A DNA stretch of 64,000 nucleotides from Octopus vulgaris (taxonomy: Eukaryota), in NCBI GenBank assembly GCA_951406725.2, contig CATOCA020000002.1:186001-250000 (forward strand), given 5' to 3'. Within the stretch, counting starts at the first letter, position 1, and every line of letters starts with the position of its first letter. Position numbers and translations under genes: made by a program. Of this stretch, positions 50,645 to 63,494 are shown in pieces. The notes beneath the pieces were generated by a model, which worked only from the letters and a program-made list of their open reading frames with translations, did not search any database and had not been told where the DNA came from.

Positions 50645-51816
50645 GAGGCCTCTAACTCCGCACTCAACTCATACTAACGATAATTCTAATTTAAACTCCA
50701 AACAACGTATAGGAAATAGGCGAACTAATAGAATAACACACAATAGTAACCCTCCCGATGAGAGCAATATAGATCCTATTAGGAGAAATAGAAGGGATAA
50801 TAGTAGATTACGCAAATATATATGGTTCAACATACCATACAACTTAGCAGTTAGGGGTAAGTTATGTAAGAGAATATTCTCTATCATTTCCAACAACTTC
50901 CAACCCACCCATAAGTATAGAAGTATCTTCTCCAACAAAACCATTAGGATTTCCTACTCTACCCTGCCCAACATGAGCTGCCTCATAGCTAAACATAACT
51001 ATATCAATATTAGAACAGCTAGATCAAGAGCAAGCTATAGCGACCAACCGAACCCCCCTCATCCAGATAGTAGGCAATATAATCAGACTGGCAGCCATAT
51101 TACCCAAACAGTTAGTAATAACACCCGCCAACACAACAGAGGCAATACCACACCCATCAACAACCAGGAGGATATCAACGCCCCCACACGTATTGCAACA
51201 CCTCCGCCTGGGATTGGCAGCACACGACCGAATAATGCAATGCACTGCAACTGCATATGTGCATCCGAGTGTCCGCTACAGGGCGCATGTAGGGCGAAAA
51301 ACGTAATATATTCATGTGAGGTGAGTACCCAGTTTAACACACTCACCTACATACGTTGCTCAACCTCCTGGAAATCCAGATACTACAACCACCGGTCCTC
51401 GCTGAAACACAGACATAAGGCTAACAGCACCTCCCTTTCTAAAAAAATTTGGGAATTAAAAGACAAATGCATAGGCTTCAAACTCAGGTGGTCCATCATC
51501 GGATCAGCTGCACCTTATTTAAATAATAGAGTGGGATGCCAACTATGTTGTGTAGAACTCCTGAACATCTTAAAATTCAAAGACAAACACAATCTTATTA
51601 ACAAAAGGTCAGAGTTCAAACCATCCTGTATACACAAACTTATTAATACTTTCAAATACTACAAAGCTTAGGTTATTATACCAACTCCCCCATGCAATTT
51701 CCTCCCACCCGGTGCAACCTGTTGGCTCCAGCACATCCTACTTTCCTATATGTGCTTGTATATGTGTATGTGTGTGCGTATATATATGTATGTGCACATA
51801 TGTGTATGTATATGTG

Positions 51817-51877
<61 letters not shown>

Positions 51878-53815
51878 ATATATGTTTCCCTGCATTTTCC
51901 TCCTATATATACACATTTTGTCTCCCATATATGTCTTTTTTCCCTACATATTTCTTCTCCTACACCCATATCCTTCCTATATAGTCTCTTTATTTCCCTA
52001 TATCTATACCCTTTCACATTTCTAACTCGGATGTTGAACGCACACCGCCAAACTCCACTTCCCACCCTTCCAATTTTCGGTTCCCCCCGCCCGCCCCTAC
52101 ATGGGCACCTTTAACACACACCTCTAACTTTCAACCACCTTCATCTCATGTTAAACTTTACCAGATTATATTTTTATTTTATTTTATTTTTATTTTTATT
52201 TTGCTTTATCCTATTCTATTTCGCTTTACCTTTATTCTCATTTTTATTTTCATCCCTTATCTTAATTCTTATAATTTTTATAATTTTTATATTTCATTTC
52301 TAACTTTTACATTGTATTTCTTATTTTATATTGTATTTCTTACTTTTATTTCTAATTTTTATTCTTACCCTCATTCTTACCCCTAACTTATCGCTTTATA
52401 TCTCTATATATGTCTATTTTTTTTGCTTATCCCTTATTTACTTACCTATGGATCCGCTTTATGATTATACGAGCGTCCGTGTACGTATGTATACGTATAC
52501 ATATGTGTACATATGTACGAGTAAACATCTACGTCTGGATGTGCATACCCCGTATTTCTTTACATTTTTTTACATGTTTTCTTATATTCATATGTTTACA
52601 CCTATTTGTATACATCTTTTAATATCTTATAGCTATACCCATATGCGCGTATGTCTCTGTGTGTGTATGTAAGTGTATATGTGCACGCACATATGGACAC
52701 ACAGCCGTGTGTGCGTGCACGTGTAGACGTGAGTGCGTGATTCTTTACATACGTTCTTATATACATCCTTTAATATCTTATATATAAACCTGGAAGCGTG
52801 TGTATGTGTATGTAAGGATGGACGCACGTAAGTATATATGGGTGTGTACACGTATAATGTCCGTGTATATATGCGCATATTCTGTTGTATGTATATGTAC
52901 GCGCGTGCGTGTGGGTGTATGTGTGTTTATGTACATGTTTACACGTGAGTGCGTGTGTATGCTTATAGGCTTGGAGCCGTGTATGCGCGCGTATATGTGC
53001 GCGTGTATATGGGTGTATGTATCCATGATGGTATGTATGTACAAGATGACCAATTAATTCAAAGAACTAGATTAACCGCTCAACAGCTCTGATTTACAAT
53101 ACACTAGGTCCCCAGACGACCCTGTTGATTTATTGACACCCAAAGCTTCTACAACTAAATTTTATCAATCTCCTGACCACCATGTTTGGTCCGTAACCTC
53201 TATACATCCCTTATCTTTATATTTTTTTACATTTTTATCATGTTTATTCCTATTTTTTTTTTTTACTTTTTACTTTTATTTCTATTTCTATTTTTACTTT
53301 ATAACCTTATGCCTTTACATTCATTTATATTTCTTTATATTCTTTATATCCCCTTTATATCTCCTTATATCTCTTTATATCTTTATACTCTACATTTTTA
53401 TATTTTTCTATACTTACACTTTTTATACATTTTTTATCCCTCGTCCTGAATTCTCGCCCCTCCATCTTCACGTCTATATATGTATTTATTTATTTACATT
53501 ACTTCAACATCCAAATTTCCTCATTCTACATTGAGAGAAGAAAGAGATGGACGCTTCAATTCTATGCTGTTGCCGCATTATGTCGTACGCGAATGAGAGG
53601 ATTTGCATCCCCATCCAAGAATTTTTGATGTAACACATGTCCTTGTAGAAGCTGTTGTGCGCGGCTGAAGAAGGCCACAGACATACATTATGCATTGTTA
53701 TAAATCTGTCTATTTTGATCAATTTACTCCACCACCTACACCACCAAACGGTATACACAGGTGCTTATAATTATCAAGTACTCACCCCGAATTTCTATAC
53801 TCAACTATAAATATA
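50645..53815 (+). mobile_element. Naiad-like PLE 3' part (open linker + GIY-YIG frame to 51671) with long low-complexity 3' region
   Basis: IWFNIPY, ISYSTLPNM, CNCICASECPLQGAC, VIYSC, WKSRYYNH, STSLSKKIW, CQLC. Confidence 0.85.
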
Positions 53816-53842
53816 TATATATATATAAATATATATATATAT

Positions 53843-54085
53843 TATCATCATCATCATCATTTAGTGTCTGCTTTCCATGCTGGCATGGGTTGGACGGTTC
53901 AACTGGGATCTGTGAAGCCAGAAGGCTACATCAGGCCCAGTCTGATCTGGCAGTGTTTCTACGGCTGGATGCCCTTCCTAACGCCAACCACTCCCTGAGT
54001 GTAGTGGGTGCTTTTTACGTGCCACCCGCACAGGTGCCAGACGGAGCTGGCAAACGGCCACGGACGGATGGTGCTTTTTACGTGA
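53843..54085 (-). mobile_element. RTE 3' end
   Basis: (cat)n tail. Confidence 0.85.
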
Positions 54086-54101
54086 CATATATATATATAT
54101 A

Positions 54102-54354
54102 CATGCTAGAAAGAAAAGCTAGGTTCTATAACCACAAAAGTTAGGGATAAAATTTGACAGGAATAAATTTAGAAATGAAAACCATTTACCATCTAGTTTC
54201 CTGGACCATTTGGTTTCTGACTCGCTAAAATAAGATCAGAAACCAAATGGTCTAGGAAACTAGATGGTAAATGGTTTTCATTTCTAAATTTATTCCTGTC
54301 AAATTTTATCCCTAACTTTTGTGGTTATAGAACCTAGCTTTTCTTTCTAGCGTG
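54102..54354. repeat. Near-perfect ~118 bp fold-back
   Basis: 54102-54220 versus 54235-54354, 15 nt loop. Confidence 0.88.
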
Positions 54355-54529
54355 TAGAATCCCTATATGTGGATTCCTTATGTGTTTAAATATACACTAT
54401 ATCGTATGACTAGTATATAATCTTTTTGACTAATTTTTTTTACACGTTAGACCACTGGAAATGTAAATTTTAATTAATTTCCATTTCCCTTTGATATGAT
54501 TAAATATATATATATATATTATTTACCTA

Positions 54530-55105
54530 GATCTGTCTAGATGTTTTCCTGGAACACCGACAAAAGCATAACAGTCACATTTAAGGCCAATGAAAGAAAT
54601 TTGGGTAAATTAAGAATTAAGGAAGCTATACTCATACACAGACTAGGGTACCAAATTAACAACAGGCTGGAGGTTGGTAATCAATATACTATTTAGTTAC
54701 ATCTGGATGCATGTATGTTCATTTTTGATAACATGCTCATATATTGTTTATAACAAAAAAAAGAGGAAAATAAGAAGGGAAGCTACACATATAACACATA
54801 ACTTAGAAGCAGTGCTAAGAATGTGTTAGCACACACGAGATTCAGACATGGCAGAACTCATGCACTTCTCATGAGGAATTCTAGAAGGAGCTTCATGAGA
54901 CACTGCTGAGAGGCTTCCGAAAAAAAAAAAGAAAAGCCGTTGGAAAACCGATTATAGCAGCAACTCCATCAATTCCTAGGGATATCTGAAGAAGGAATTT
55001 TATTCTGAAATATCATATCAGACAATGCATGATTAAATTATAACGGTTATTATAGTCCGTTGTTTATATTATAGTGCATTGTTGTGTCGTTCAAAATATT
55101 TTATT
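54530..55105 (+). mobile_element. PLE extreme 3' end with decayed minimal hammerhead (54981-55019)
   Basis: KLRIKEAILIHRL..INNRLE; gatat CTGAAGA aggaat ttt attct GAAA tatc atatc. Confidence 0.65.
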
Positions 55106-55106
55106 C

Positions 55107-55148
<42 letters not shown>

Positions 55149-55174
55149 CACACACACACATATATATATATAAG

Positions 55175-55336
55175 TGCAGGAGTGGCTGTGTGGTAAGTAG
55201 CTTGCTTATCAACCACATAGTTCCGGGTTCAGTCCCACTGCATGGCACCTTGGGCAAGTGTCTTCTACTTTAGCCTCGGGCCAACCAAAGCCTTGTGAGG
55301 GGGTTTGGTAGACGGAAAGTGAAAGAAGCCCGTCAT
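55175..55336 (+). mobile_element. Short SINE
   Basis: gcaggagtggctgtgtggtaagtagc...ccgggttcagtcccactg...gaaagaagcccgtc. Confidence 0.8.
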
Positions 55337-55343
55337 ATATATG

Positions 55344-55382
<39 letters not shown>

Positions 55383-55399
55383 GCTGAGGATAATAATAT

Positions 55400-56379
55400 G
55401 CAGTTTAATGCAGAACAGCATCCAAAATTGAATATGAAACTTACAGGGTACACCGGTCCACAGGGAATTTCAATCCACAAGGAATTTCAATCCCAGAGCC
55501 TAAGTCAGTGAGGTAACTGAGTATTGACATGAGTGATGATACCTCTTTCCAAGTGCACATTACCAGGATGGCGACAAAGTCAGACGACTGGCTCGATGGA
55601 CCCTAAGAACATTCAGAACCAGAGATAAGGAAACCATGATGGTCCTCTGGCAGATATTCGTCCTCAGCCGACTGAGGTTGGTAATCAATATACTATTTAG
55701 TTACATCTGGATGCATGTAGGTTCATCTGGATGCATGTAGCTGCTCACAGCTATGGTCACCCACCAGTGTGAAATTAACATCTGGATGCACGTAGCTGCT
55801 CACAGCTATGGTCACCCACCAGTGTGAAATTAACAGCGGACCTTGAAGCAATCCAGAGAAGATTTACAAAGAAGATCGTCTCTTTGTAACAGCTCAGCTA
55901 CTGGGAAAGGTGGAAACAGTTAAGACTCTACTCCCTGGAGAGAAGACGGGAGGGGTATGCAGTAATATATATCTGGAAAATCCTGGAAAGAATTATGCCA
56001 AATTTTGGCATTGAAAGCTACACCAATGCCAGAACGGGACGACACTGCACAGTGCCAAAGGTCCCAGCAATGCCATCATGCTTCAGGACCAGTTACTGCA
56101 ACAGCCTGGGTTTCAAGGGCCCATAGCTTTTTAATATTCTCCCAAAGAGTCTGAGGAACTTGCACAAGGTAGATGTAGGAGTTTTTAAATCAAAGCTGGA
56201 CCTCTTCCTGTCGAGAATCCCAAATGAACCTATCTAATGGCAAGAGATGCAAATGAGGGTAGCTATATCAAACTCCATGCTTCACCAAGTGCCACGTATT
56301 AGAGGAGGCTCTTAGTAATAACAGTGTAGCAAAACGAAGGTGCATCAGCATGGCCACAGCTCTGAGCTGAAACTATAGA

Positions 56380-56385
<6 letters not shown>
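55400..56385 (+). mobile_element. CR1-like LINE 3' end
   Basis: LRTFRTRDKETM, QLWSP, LEAIQRRFTK, LYSLERRR, YIWKI, FKSKLD; tail cagcatggccacagctctgagctgaaac. Confidence 0.85.
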
Positions 56386-56418
<33 letters not shown>

Positions 56419-56419
56419 T

Positions 56420-56636
56420 ATGTGTGTGTATATGTTTGTGTGTCTGTGTTTGTCCTCCCAACATCGCTTGACAACTGATGCTGGTGTGTTTATGTCCCCA
56501 TAACTTAGCAGTTTAGCAAATGAGACTGATAGAATAAGTACTAGGCTTACAAAGAATAAGTCCTGGGGTCGATTTGCTCAACTAAAGGCAGTGCTCCAGC
56601 ATGGCTGTAGTCAAATGACTGAAACAAGTAAAAGAG
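56420..56636 (+). mobile_element. SINE 3' part with CR1-like tail
   Basis: gatagaataagtac...ggggtcgatt...ctccagcatggctgtagtcaaatgactgaaac. Confidence 0.7.
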
Positions 56637-56820
56637 CATATCTAGTATCTATAATATATATATATATATATACAAAAAGCAATAAAGATTCAAGTTAATT
56701 TAAATGAATTTACTTGAATATGGTACCTAACTTAGATGCACCAAAAAAACTATACTGATTTAACAATACAGTAATGTGGGGTGATTATAAGCGAGAATGA
56801 AGCAACAAGAATGGATAGGT

Positions 56821-56911
56821 TTTTAGTACAATCGTTTCATACAAGGACAGGTTTTATTAAAAGTTGCAAAAATTACAGCATATAAACGTGTCCCGTACTC
56901 ATCAGCTAAAA
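56821..56911 (-). ncRNA. Type-I hammerhead ribozyme
   Basis: Reverse complement of 57844-57934. Confidence 0.85.
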
Positions 56912-57843
56912 TACATGTGAGTTCTCTAGACATACTAGTGGTTGAGGCTATACTCATGAAGTAATGTAGATAATTAAGTAACATAAACAGATTTCAAAAG
57001 TTCATTAAAGTTCTTTAAAGATGATGTACAGTCTTATCACAGAATTTTAAAAAAGTTTTAATAGTATCACAGAGGAGGTGACCTAATCCATAGTGCACAT
57101 ATGAATTTCCAGAGATATGATGAGGGATTACATACATATAAATGCTTATTATATGATTACATACATATAAATGCTTATTAGCATTACAGAGAGGGTGAAT
57201 TAATCCTTTGTATAGATGCACAATTTCCAATGGTGTAGATGTAAATTTCTAAGGAATTTCATATTCACAGGCGATAAATTTATCAATGGTTGAACACAAT
57301 GAGGTAGGTATCAATTCTTGTTATATGATTAGGTATTTGCCACATTAATCACATTACTGCTATTTAGCAGTAAATAGCAGTAATGTGATTAATGTGGCAA
57401 ATACCTAATCATATAACAAGAATTGATACCTACCTCATTGTGTTCAACCATTGATAAATTTATCGCCTGTGAATATGAAATTCCTTAGAAATTTACATCT
57501 ACACCATTGGAAATTGTGCATCTATACAAAGGATTAATTCACCCTCTCTGTAATGCTAATAAGCAGGAATTGAAACCCACCTCGTTGTAATTAACAATGG
57601 ATAAATTTGTCTTCTGTGAGTATGTAATCCCTCATCATATCTCTGGAAATTCATATGTGCACTATGGATTAGGTCACCTCCTCTGTGATGCTATTAAAAC
57701 TTTTTTAAAATTCTGTGATAAGACTGTACATCATCTTTAAAGAACTTTAATGAACTTTTGAAATCTGTTTATGTTACTTAATTATCTACATTACTTCATG
57801 AGTATAGCCTCAACCACTAGGATGTCTAGAGAACTCACATGTA

Positions 57844-57934
57844 TTTTAGCTGATGAGTACGGGACACGTTTATATGCTGTAATTTTTGCAACTTTTAATA
57901 AAACCTGTCCTTGTATGAAACGATTGTACTAAAA
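57844..57934 (+). ncRNA. Type-I hammerhead ribozyme
   Basis: ttttag CTGATGA gtacgggaca...tgtccttgtat GAAA cgattg TA ctaaaa. Confidence 0.85.
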
Positions 57935-58089
57935 ACCTATCCATTCTTGTTGCTTCATTCTCGCGTATATATATATATATATAAGTACAAAGTGAGATAG
58001 GGGATATGAGTGTAGCCCACTATGAGATATGAGTTATCCAATATACTGCTAGTGAAGTACCCAAAAGGCAAATACATAAATGCTTATAA

Positions 58090-60033
58090 TCTCTATATAT
58101 AAAACTGAAATGCGTTTTTACCGCTTGGATCGCTTTCAATGCCACTACGTCCTGTCCGATTTGCTCCAAAATTTACAGGGACATGTAGAATGAGTTGACG
58201 ATGCCCGTGGGCTACCTTAGAAATCCCTAGCTTAAAAGGTGTGGTTGCTAGGGGCCATCTTCCTCACTCACGCTATCTCCTCCTTTCCCTCTCTTACTCC
58301 CCTTCATTTATAACTTTGAGAGGTCCACTCCCGTTATTTAATGTATTCCCCTCAACTCCCTTTCACTTTCCCTTTATAAGTTCGTCAGACGGCTTTCTTT
58401 GATGTATCTGTCAGCATTCATAGGGAGAATTATCATCGCCACAACTTATGTATATGTCTTCCTCACTCACTCACTCTTTTTCCTAATGATAATTATCATC
58501 GCCACCACCACCACCAACACACAATACTGACTCTATTTCATACAAACGGCCTTCTTTTATGTATCTGTGTGAAAGAGACAGATAACTCAAATTTTTTACT
58601 CGGTTTTTGTAGTGCGTGCGTGTGTATGCATGTATGTGTATATGTATGTATGCATGTATGTGTGTGCATGTATGTATCTATGTATGTGTGTGTGTGTGTA
58701 TGTATGTATGTGTGTGTGTGTATGTATGTGTGAGCGTGTATGTATGTATGTACCTTTGCCTGTTTATGTAACGGTCTGCTATGTAGAAAATAATGAGGTT
58801 GACTCAATGGAAATACTTACATACACACACACATACATACACACACATACACACACACATACATACACATACATACACACACACACATACATAGATGCAG
58901 ACCTATGTTAAAAGTGCTGGCAAGTTTGCATGACAACTATTTTTTTTCCTCAAATGAAAGGCGTCACCTCTAGGACAAAATTCCTCATCTTATAAAATGT
59001 GGCCCCAGTACACCCGAATGAAATCGCGTTATATTAACCAAAATGTGAAAAGGTGTCTAAATGGGGCTAGAAGGGGATTAAAATTTAAAGGAGCGGGTGT
59101 TTAGGAATTCTCTGTTACATCAAGCTAACAAATTTGTGCCAGCCTTTTAATCGTCAATGTGTTGCCGTCCATGATGAAGAAGTTTTGAATGCTTGTCATG
59201 GTGAGTCTACTGTTGTGAAAAAGAATCACTTCAAAACTTGGTGTTTAGGGATTTTCTTTTACATCAAGTTCAAAATTTTACGTCAGCCGTTAAACTGTCA
59301 AAACGTTGCTGTCCGTCGTTAAGAAATGCCAGCCATGCTGACTCTACTACCCTCAGATTCTATCCCTTCAAACTTTGGTTTCCAATATTTTATTATCTTT
59401 ATTCAGCTCGCAAGTTTGTCTGTCCCTTTTAAATGTTAGTGTTTTGCTGTCTGCCTTGAAGCAGACCTTTCCGTTGTTACTGCCTGATATTTATGATTGA
59501 TCTTTCTAAATATTTTATTTCTCAACTTACTCAAGATCTTTTGTGGTTTATAAATGGGAGAGAGATAGATAAAGATAGAGAGTAAGAGAAAGCGAGGTAG
59601 AGTCCGAGAGAAAGGAAGAGTAAGAGAGTGGGGAAAGTGAGAGAGAAACAAAGAGGGAGAATCATCATCATCGTTTAACGTCCGTTTTCCGTGCTAGCAC
59701 GGGTTGGACAGTTTGACAGGGGTCTGGGAAGCCAGGAGGCTGCACCAGGCTCCAGTCTGATCTGGCAGTGTTTCTACAGGTGGATGCCCTTCCTAACGCC
59801 AACCACTCTGTGAGCGTAGTGGGTGCTTTTTTCGTGCCGCCGGCACAGGTGCCAGGGGGGCTGGCAATGGCCACGATCGGTTGGTGCTTTTTACGTGCCA
59901 CCAGCACAGAAGCCAGTCAAGGCGGCACTGCAATCCACCACGTTCGGATGGTGCTTTTTACGTGCTGAAAGGAAGCAACAGAAAGTAACAACCACACTCT
60001 TACCCGCGCGTAGAGCGGGTCACCTTCAGCTAG
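58090..60033 (+). mobile_element. Non-autonomous Helitron containing a nested RTE tail
   Basis: Starts A|TCTCTATATATAAAAC; ends with hairpin acccgc...gcgggt followed by CTAG|T. Confidence 0.78.
59662..59966 (-). mobile_element. RTE 3' end
   Basis: (cat)n gtttaacgtccg tail. Confidence 0.85.
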
Positions 60034-60328
60034 TTATATATGTAACTCATTTTAAATGTATATTACCTCAATACATATGACTAATATAGGCACAATGAGA
60101 TACCTTTATCAACAGGCTGAAACAGCTGTAAGATCCATTTTATATGTATTATGTTTATGGTATTATCTTACTTATTGATGTATATTGTTTTATTCTGTTG
60201 GATTTGGATGTTCCTATTTAAGTAGTTAATAAACAAATAATATGAATTGGCATTATCTGTAAGTTGATGATTGAAAGAAATCTGTTCCTCCATTTTCTTA
60301 TTTGTATTATATATATATATATATATAT

Positions 60329-60366
<38 letters not shown>

Positions 60367-60494
60367 AAATACAATATATATATATATATATACACTATAT
60401 ATATAAATAAATACTACATATATATATATAAATACTATATATATTTATATATATATATATGTATGTATATATAACTATTTTAAACTATTCTAAA

Positions 60495-60820
60495 ATGTTT
60501 CAGCTCCAAAGCTGTGGTCATGCTGAAGCACCACCATTGACTGAACTATACCATTATTTGAAACCTCCTCTGATATGTGGCAATTGATCAATAAGGGAGT
60601 TTGATGCTGCTGCCCTCATCTATGTCTCTTGCTGTGAGGTAGGCTCGTCTGGGACCTGCAACAGGAAAAGATCCAGTTTTGTTTTAAAGACACTTACATC
60701 CACACCATGCAGATCTCTCAGGCATTTTGGAAAAATATTAAAGAGCTGTGGACCCTTGAAGCCCAAACTGTTGTAGTATCTGTTCCTGTATTTTGATGGC
60801 AATGCTGAGATCTTTGGTAA
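60495..60820 (-). mobile_element. CR1-like LINE 3' end
   Basis: NSLGFKGPQLFNIFPKCLR...FKTKLDLFL..VPDEP plus tail. Confidence 0.82.
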
Positions 60821-60829
60821 CTATAGATA

Positions 60830-62910
60830 CTATTCAACTTTCAAGAGTAAATTTAAATTCGAACCCACAAAATAACATTCTCTATAGTACAACAATATAT
60901 TGCCATTTGGTTATAATGTAAAAAATGAAAAAAGCTCCCACCAGCCCTCCTAATAATTTCCATAACTTGTATGACTCTTATATAAAACATAAATTAATTA
61001 ATACTTGCAAAACCATTTAATACATTTTTGGTGCAAACACTATTCTTTTCTTTTTCCCAGATGATGGGAGCATTCCTTGGAAGTAAATCGTAAGATTCAC
61101 ATGTAGTCTTTGAACGAACTCTAGAAACGATCGTCGGAATACTTAATTTCCTTTAAATATGGTACCAAAAACTCTTTTAAAACATCTATTACTCCCTCCA
61201 TTCCATAATTTATTTTGAATTTTTAAAAGAAATGTCTCTCTATATTTCATTATTCTTATCTATATTTTTATTTATACTCTATTATATTTATATATCTATA
61301 TATTTATTTGTCCTTGCATATTTTTAACATTCATATATATTTTTATATTTCTATATCTTTATATTCTGAATGTATTAATATATGTTTTAGACAATTCTAT
61401 CATATTAAATCCGTATATGTCTACACCAATTGTAGTCTGCCTGAGTTGAACTTCTCTGTATCTCTTGTACTTGTCTAGCATCTTGGGTTCGACTTGAGCA
61501 CTTCCTTGCTTTCTATGCTTTTCTAAAGAAAATTTATAATTATACACTTTGGCTCTAATGAGCACTTCTCGTAGATAGTAATAATGGAGAAGTAAATCGT
61601 AGGCATGTCTACGAAAAACATTCCTATACCATCCAAGGACACATATATGGATTTCCTTCTACATAATACTACAGAATTCATAAACAGATTAAGATGGAGA
61701 GCCTTCTTCTATGACAATAAATCCAAACAACCTAACAAAAAGGACAACTATAATTTAAAATGATACAAAATCCTCCCTCTAACCCAGCATTGGTTAATTT
61801 TGAAAAAAGACTCGATGCAGCTCATAAAAAACTTGAAGTTCTCTAAACACACCAACCCCTTCCAGAAAAAGCTTTCAGAAATTATTTCAAAGATAAAATG
61901 ATCTCCTAACCTAACTGTGCTGACAAAACGGGCAATATTTATTCAATGCCATGTTATACCCATAATAAACTCGTTTTGATGGAATTAAATACCAAATATA
62001 AACATGCAAAGGATACTGTACTCGTAAACTCCCTCTATGGAATTCAACAGGTGATGTTATAACATGGTTCCATTGCCTCTTAGGTAAGCATAAAACTTTC
62101 TTATACAATTCAACATTTTGAATTATAATGCCACTATTTCCCTGATATTATTAAATAAGACATTGATATTTGCCTGGGATTTTGTCAACATCCTTCAATC
62201 TGATATTGATATTATCCTAACTGTGGGCAAAAACGTTGATAAATTTAAAAAATTATAATTGGATTAGAAGCAACTCGACAAACTACTTTGATATTACCAT
62301 GGGTTTGTCAGATTCAGTCCAAGTGACAGAACTAGTGGGTCTCTATCTACTGTCTCAAATTAGGAAAAGCTACCTAAACATATCTGGTGGGCTATACAAG
62401 GATGATGCTCTATTTGCAGTAAAAGGTTTATCTAAACCAGAGATTGAATGAATTAAGAAGTCATTAAGAACATTTCTTTTGAATTTCTTTAATCTCAATA
62501 TTGTATTCAAGACCGACACAAAAATAGTCAACTTTCTACATGTCACATTAAATTTAAACACTAAGTTATACTACCCATACAGTAAACCAAATCAAACATT
62601 GCAGTATATTAACATCTCTTCTAATCATCTGAAATTAACCATCTACAGTATTATCACTGCCATCTCCATTAGAATGTTCAACCTACCAGTAAACGAGGAG
62701 ATCTTTAATGCACACACACCAATTTATAATCATGCCCTGAAATCAAGCAGCTTTCATGACAATATTTTCTACATCCCTGACACCAAACTTAAAATTAAAA
62801 TAGTAACTCTGATATGATTAAAATAACCCACCCATTAAATTATAAACCTATAAGAAGACCTGTCATTAACCCTGTTAAATTTTATAATCCTAATACTAAA
62901 AATTTTAATA
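60830..62910 (+). mobile_element. Degenerate Naiad-like PLE 5' part with pseudo-LTR
   Basis: STKNIPIPS, FINRLRWRA, ADKTGNIY, FDITMG, GGLYKDD, SSNH. Confidence 0.87.
61054..61139 (+). ncRNA. Type-I hammerhead motif (CAGATGA core variant)
   Basis: ttcc cAGATGA tgggag...ctcta GAAA cgatcg TC ggaa. Confidence 0.72.
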
Positions 62911-63109
62911 AACATGCTCTCTCTCTCTCTATAAGTGAAATATATATATACATACTGATAAATACTTATAACATATTGGTGTTGTCCCTCCAGCACCTGG
63001 TACTTACTCTATCACTCTCTTTTTGTGAAACTAAGTTAGAGAGATGTAAGCACTCCAACACCAGTTGTCAAAAGGTGGTGGGGAATAAACACACACACAC
63101 ACACACATA

Positions 63110-63440
63110 TGACAAGCTTCTTTCAGTTTTTGTCTACCAAATCTACCCAGAAGTCTTTGTTTGGCCTGAGGTTATAGTAGACACTTGCCCAGGGTGCTAT
63201 GCAGAACCATGTAGTTGGGAAGCAAGCTTCTTACCACAGAACCACACCTGTGCCTGACTATAAATATGCATACATACATACACTCACATATATTGGTACA
63301 ATGAGCTTCCACTAAATTCATTCACAAAGCATTGGTTGGCCTAGGACTAAAGTAGAAGACATTTGCCCAAGCTGTCAAACAGTGGGACTGAACCTGAAAC
63401 CCTGTGGTTGGGAAGCAAGCTTCTTAACCATATAGCCATG
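63110..63440 (-). mobile_element. Two adjacent short SINE copies
   Basis: Homologous to 14842-15000. Confidence 0.75.
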
Positions 63441-63494
63441 AATGACCATATATTAACAATATCACACTGCCAAGTTATCCCACTAATCAACATC

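Larger units (their letters stand above)
56790..57965. mobile_element. ~580 bp fold-back of an ORF-less pseudo-LTR with an intact hammerhead in each arm
   Basis: Centre at about 57365; arms near-identical. Confidence 0.88.

Noticed and set aside
51676-53534. Many ORFs rich in YI/CV/HT repeats here and throughout the window
   Set aside because: Translations of (TA)n, (TG)n and (CA)n microsatellites with no coding signature
53660-53720. CTGAAGA in a PLE 3' region
   Set aside because: No matching stem II closure plus GAAA found
60110-60140. GAAAcagctgTA half-motif (similar GAAAcatgtgTC on the minus strand at about 39220)
   Set aside because: CTGANGA half missing, so truncated
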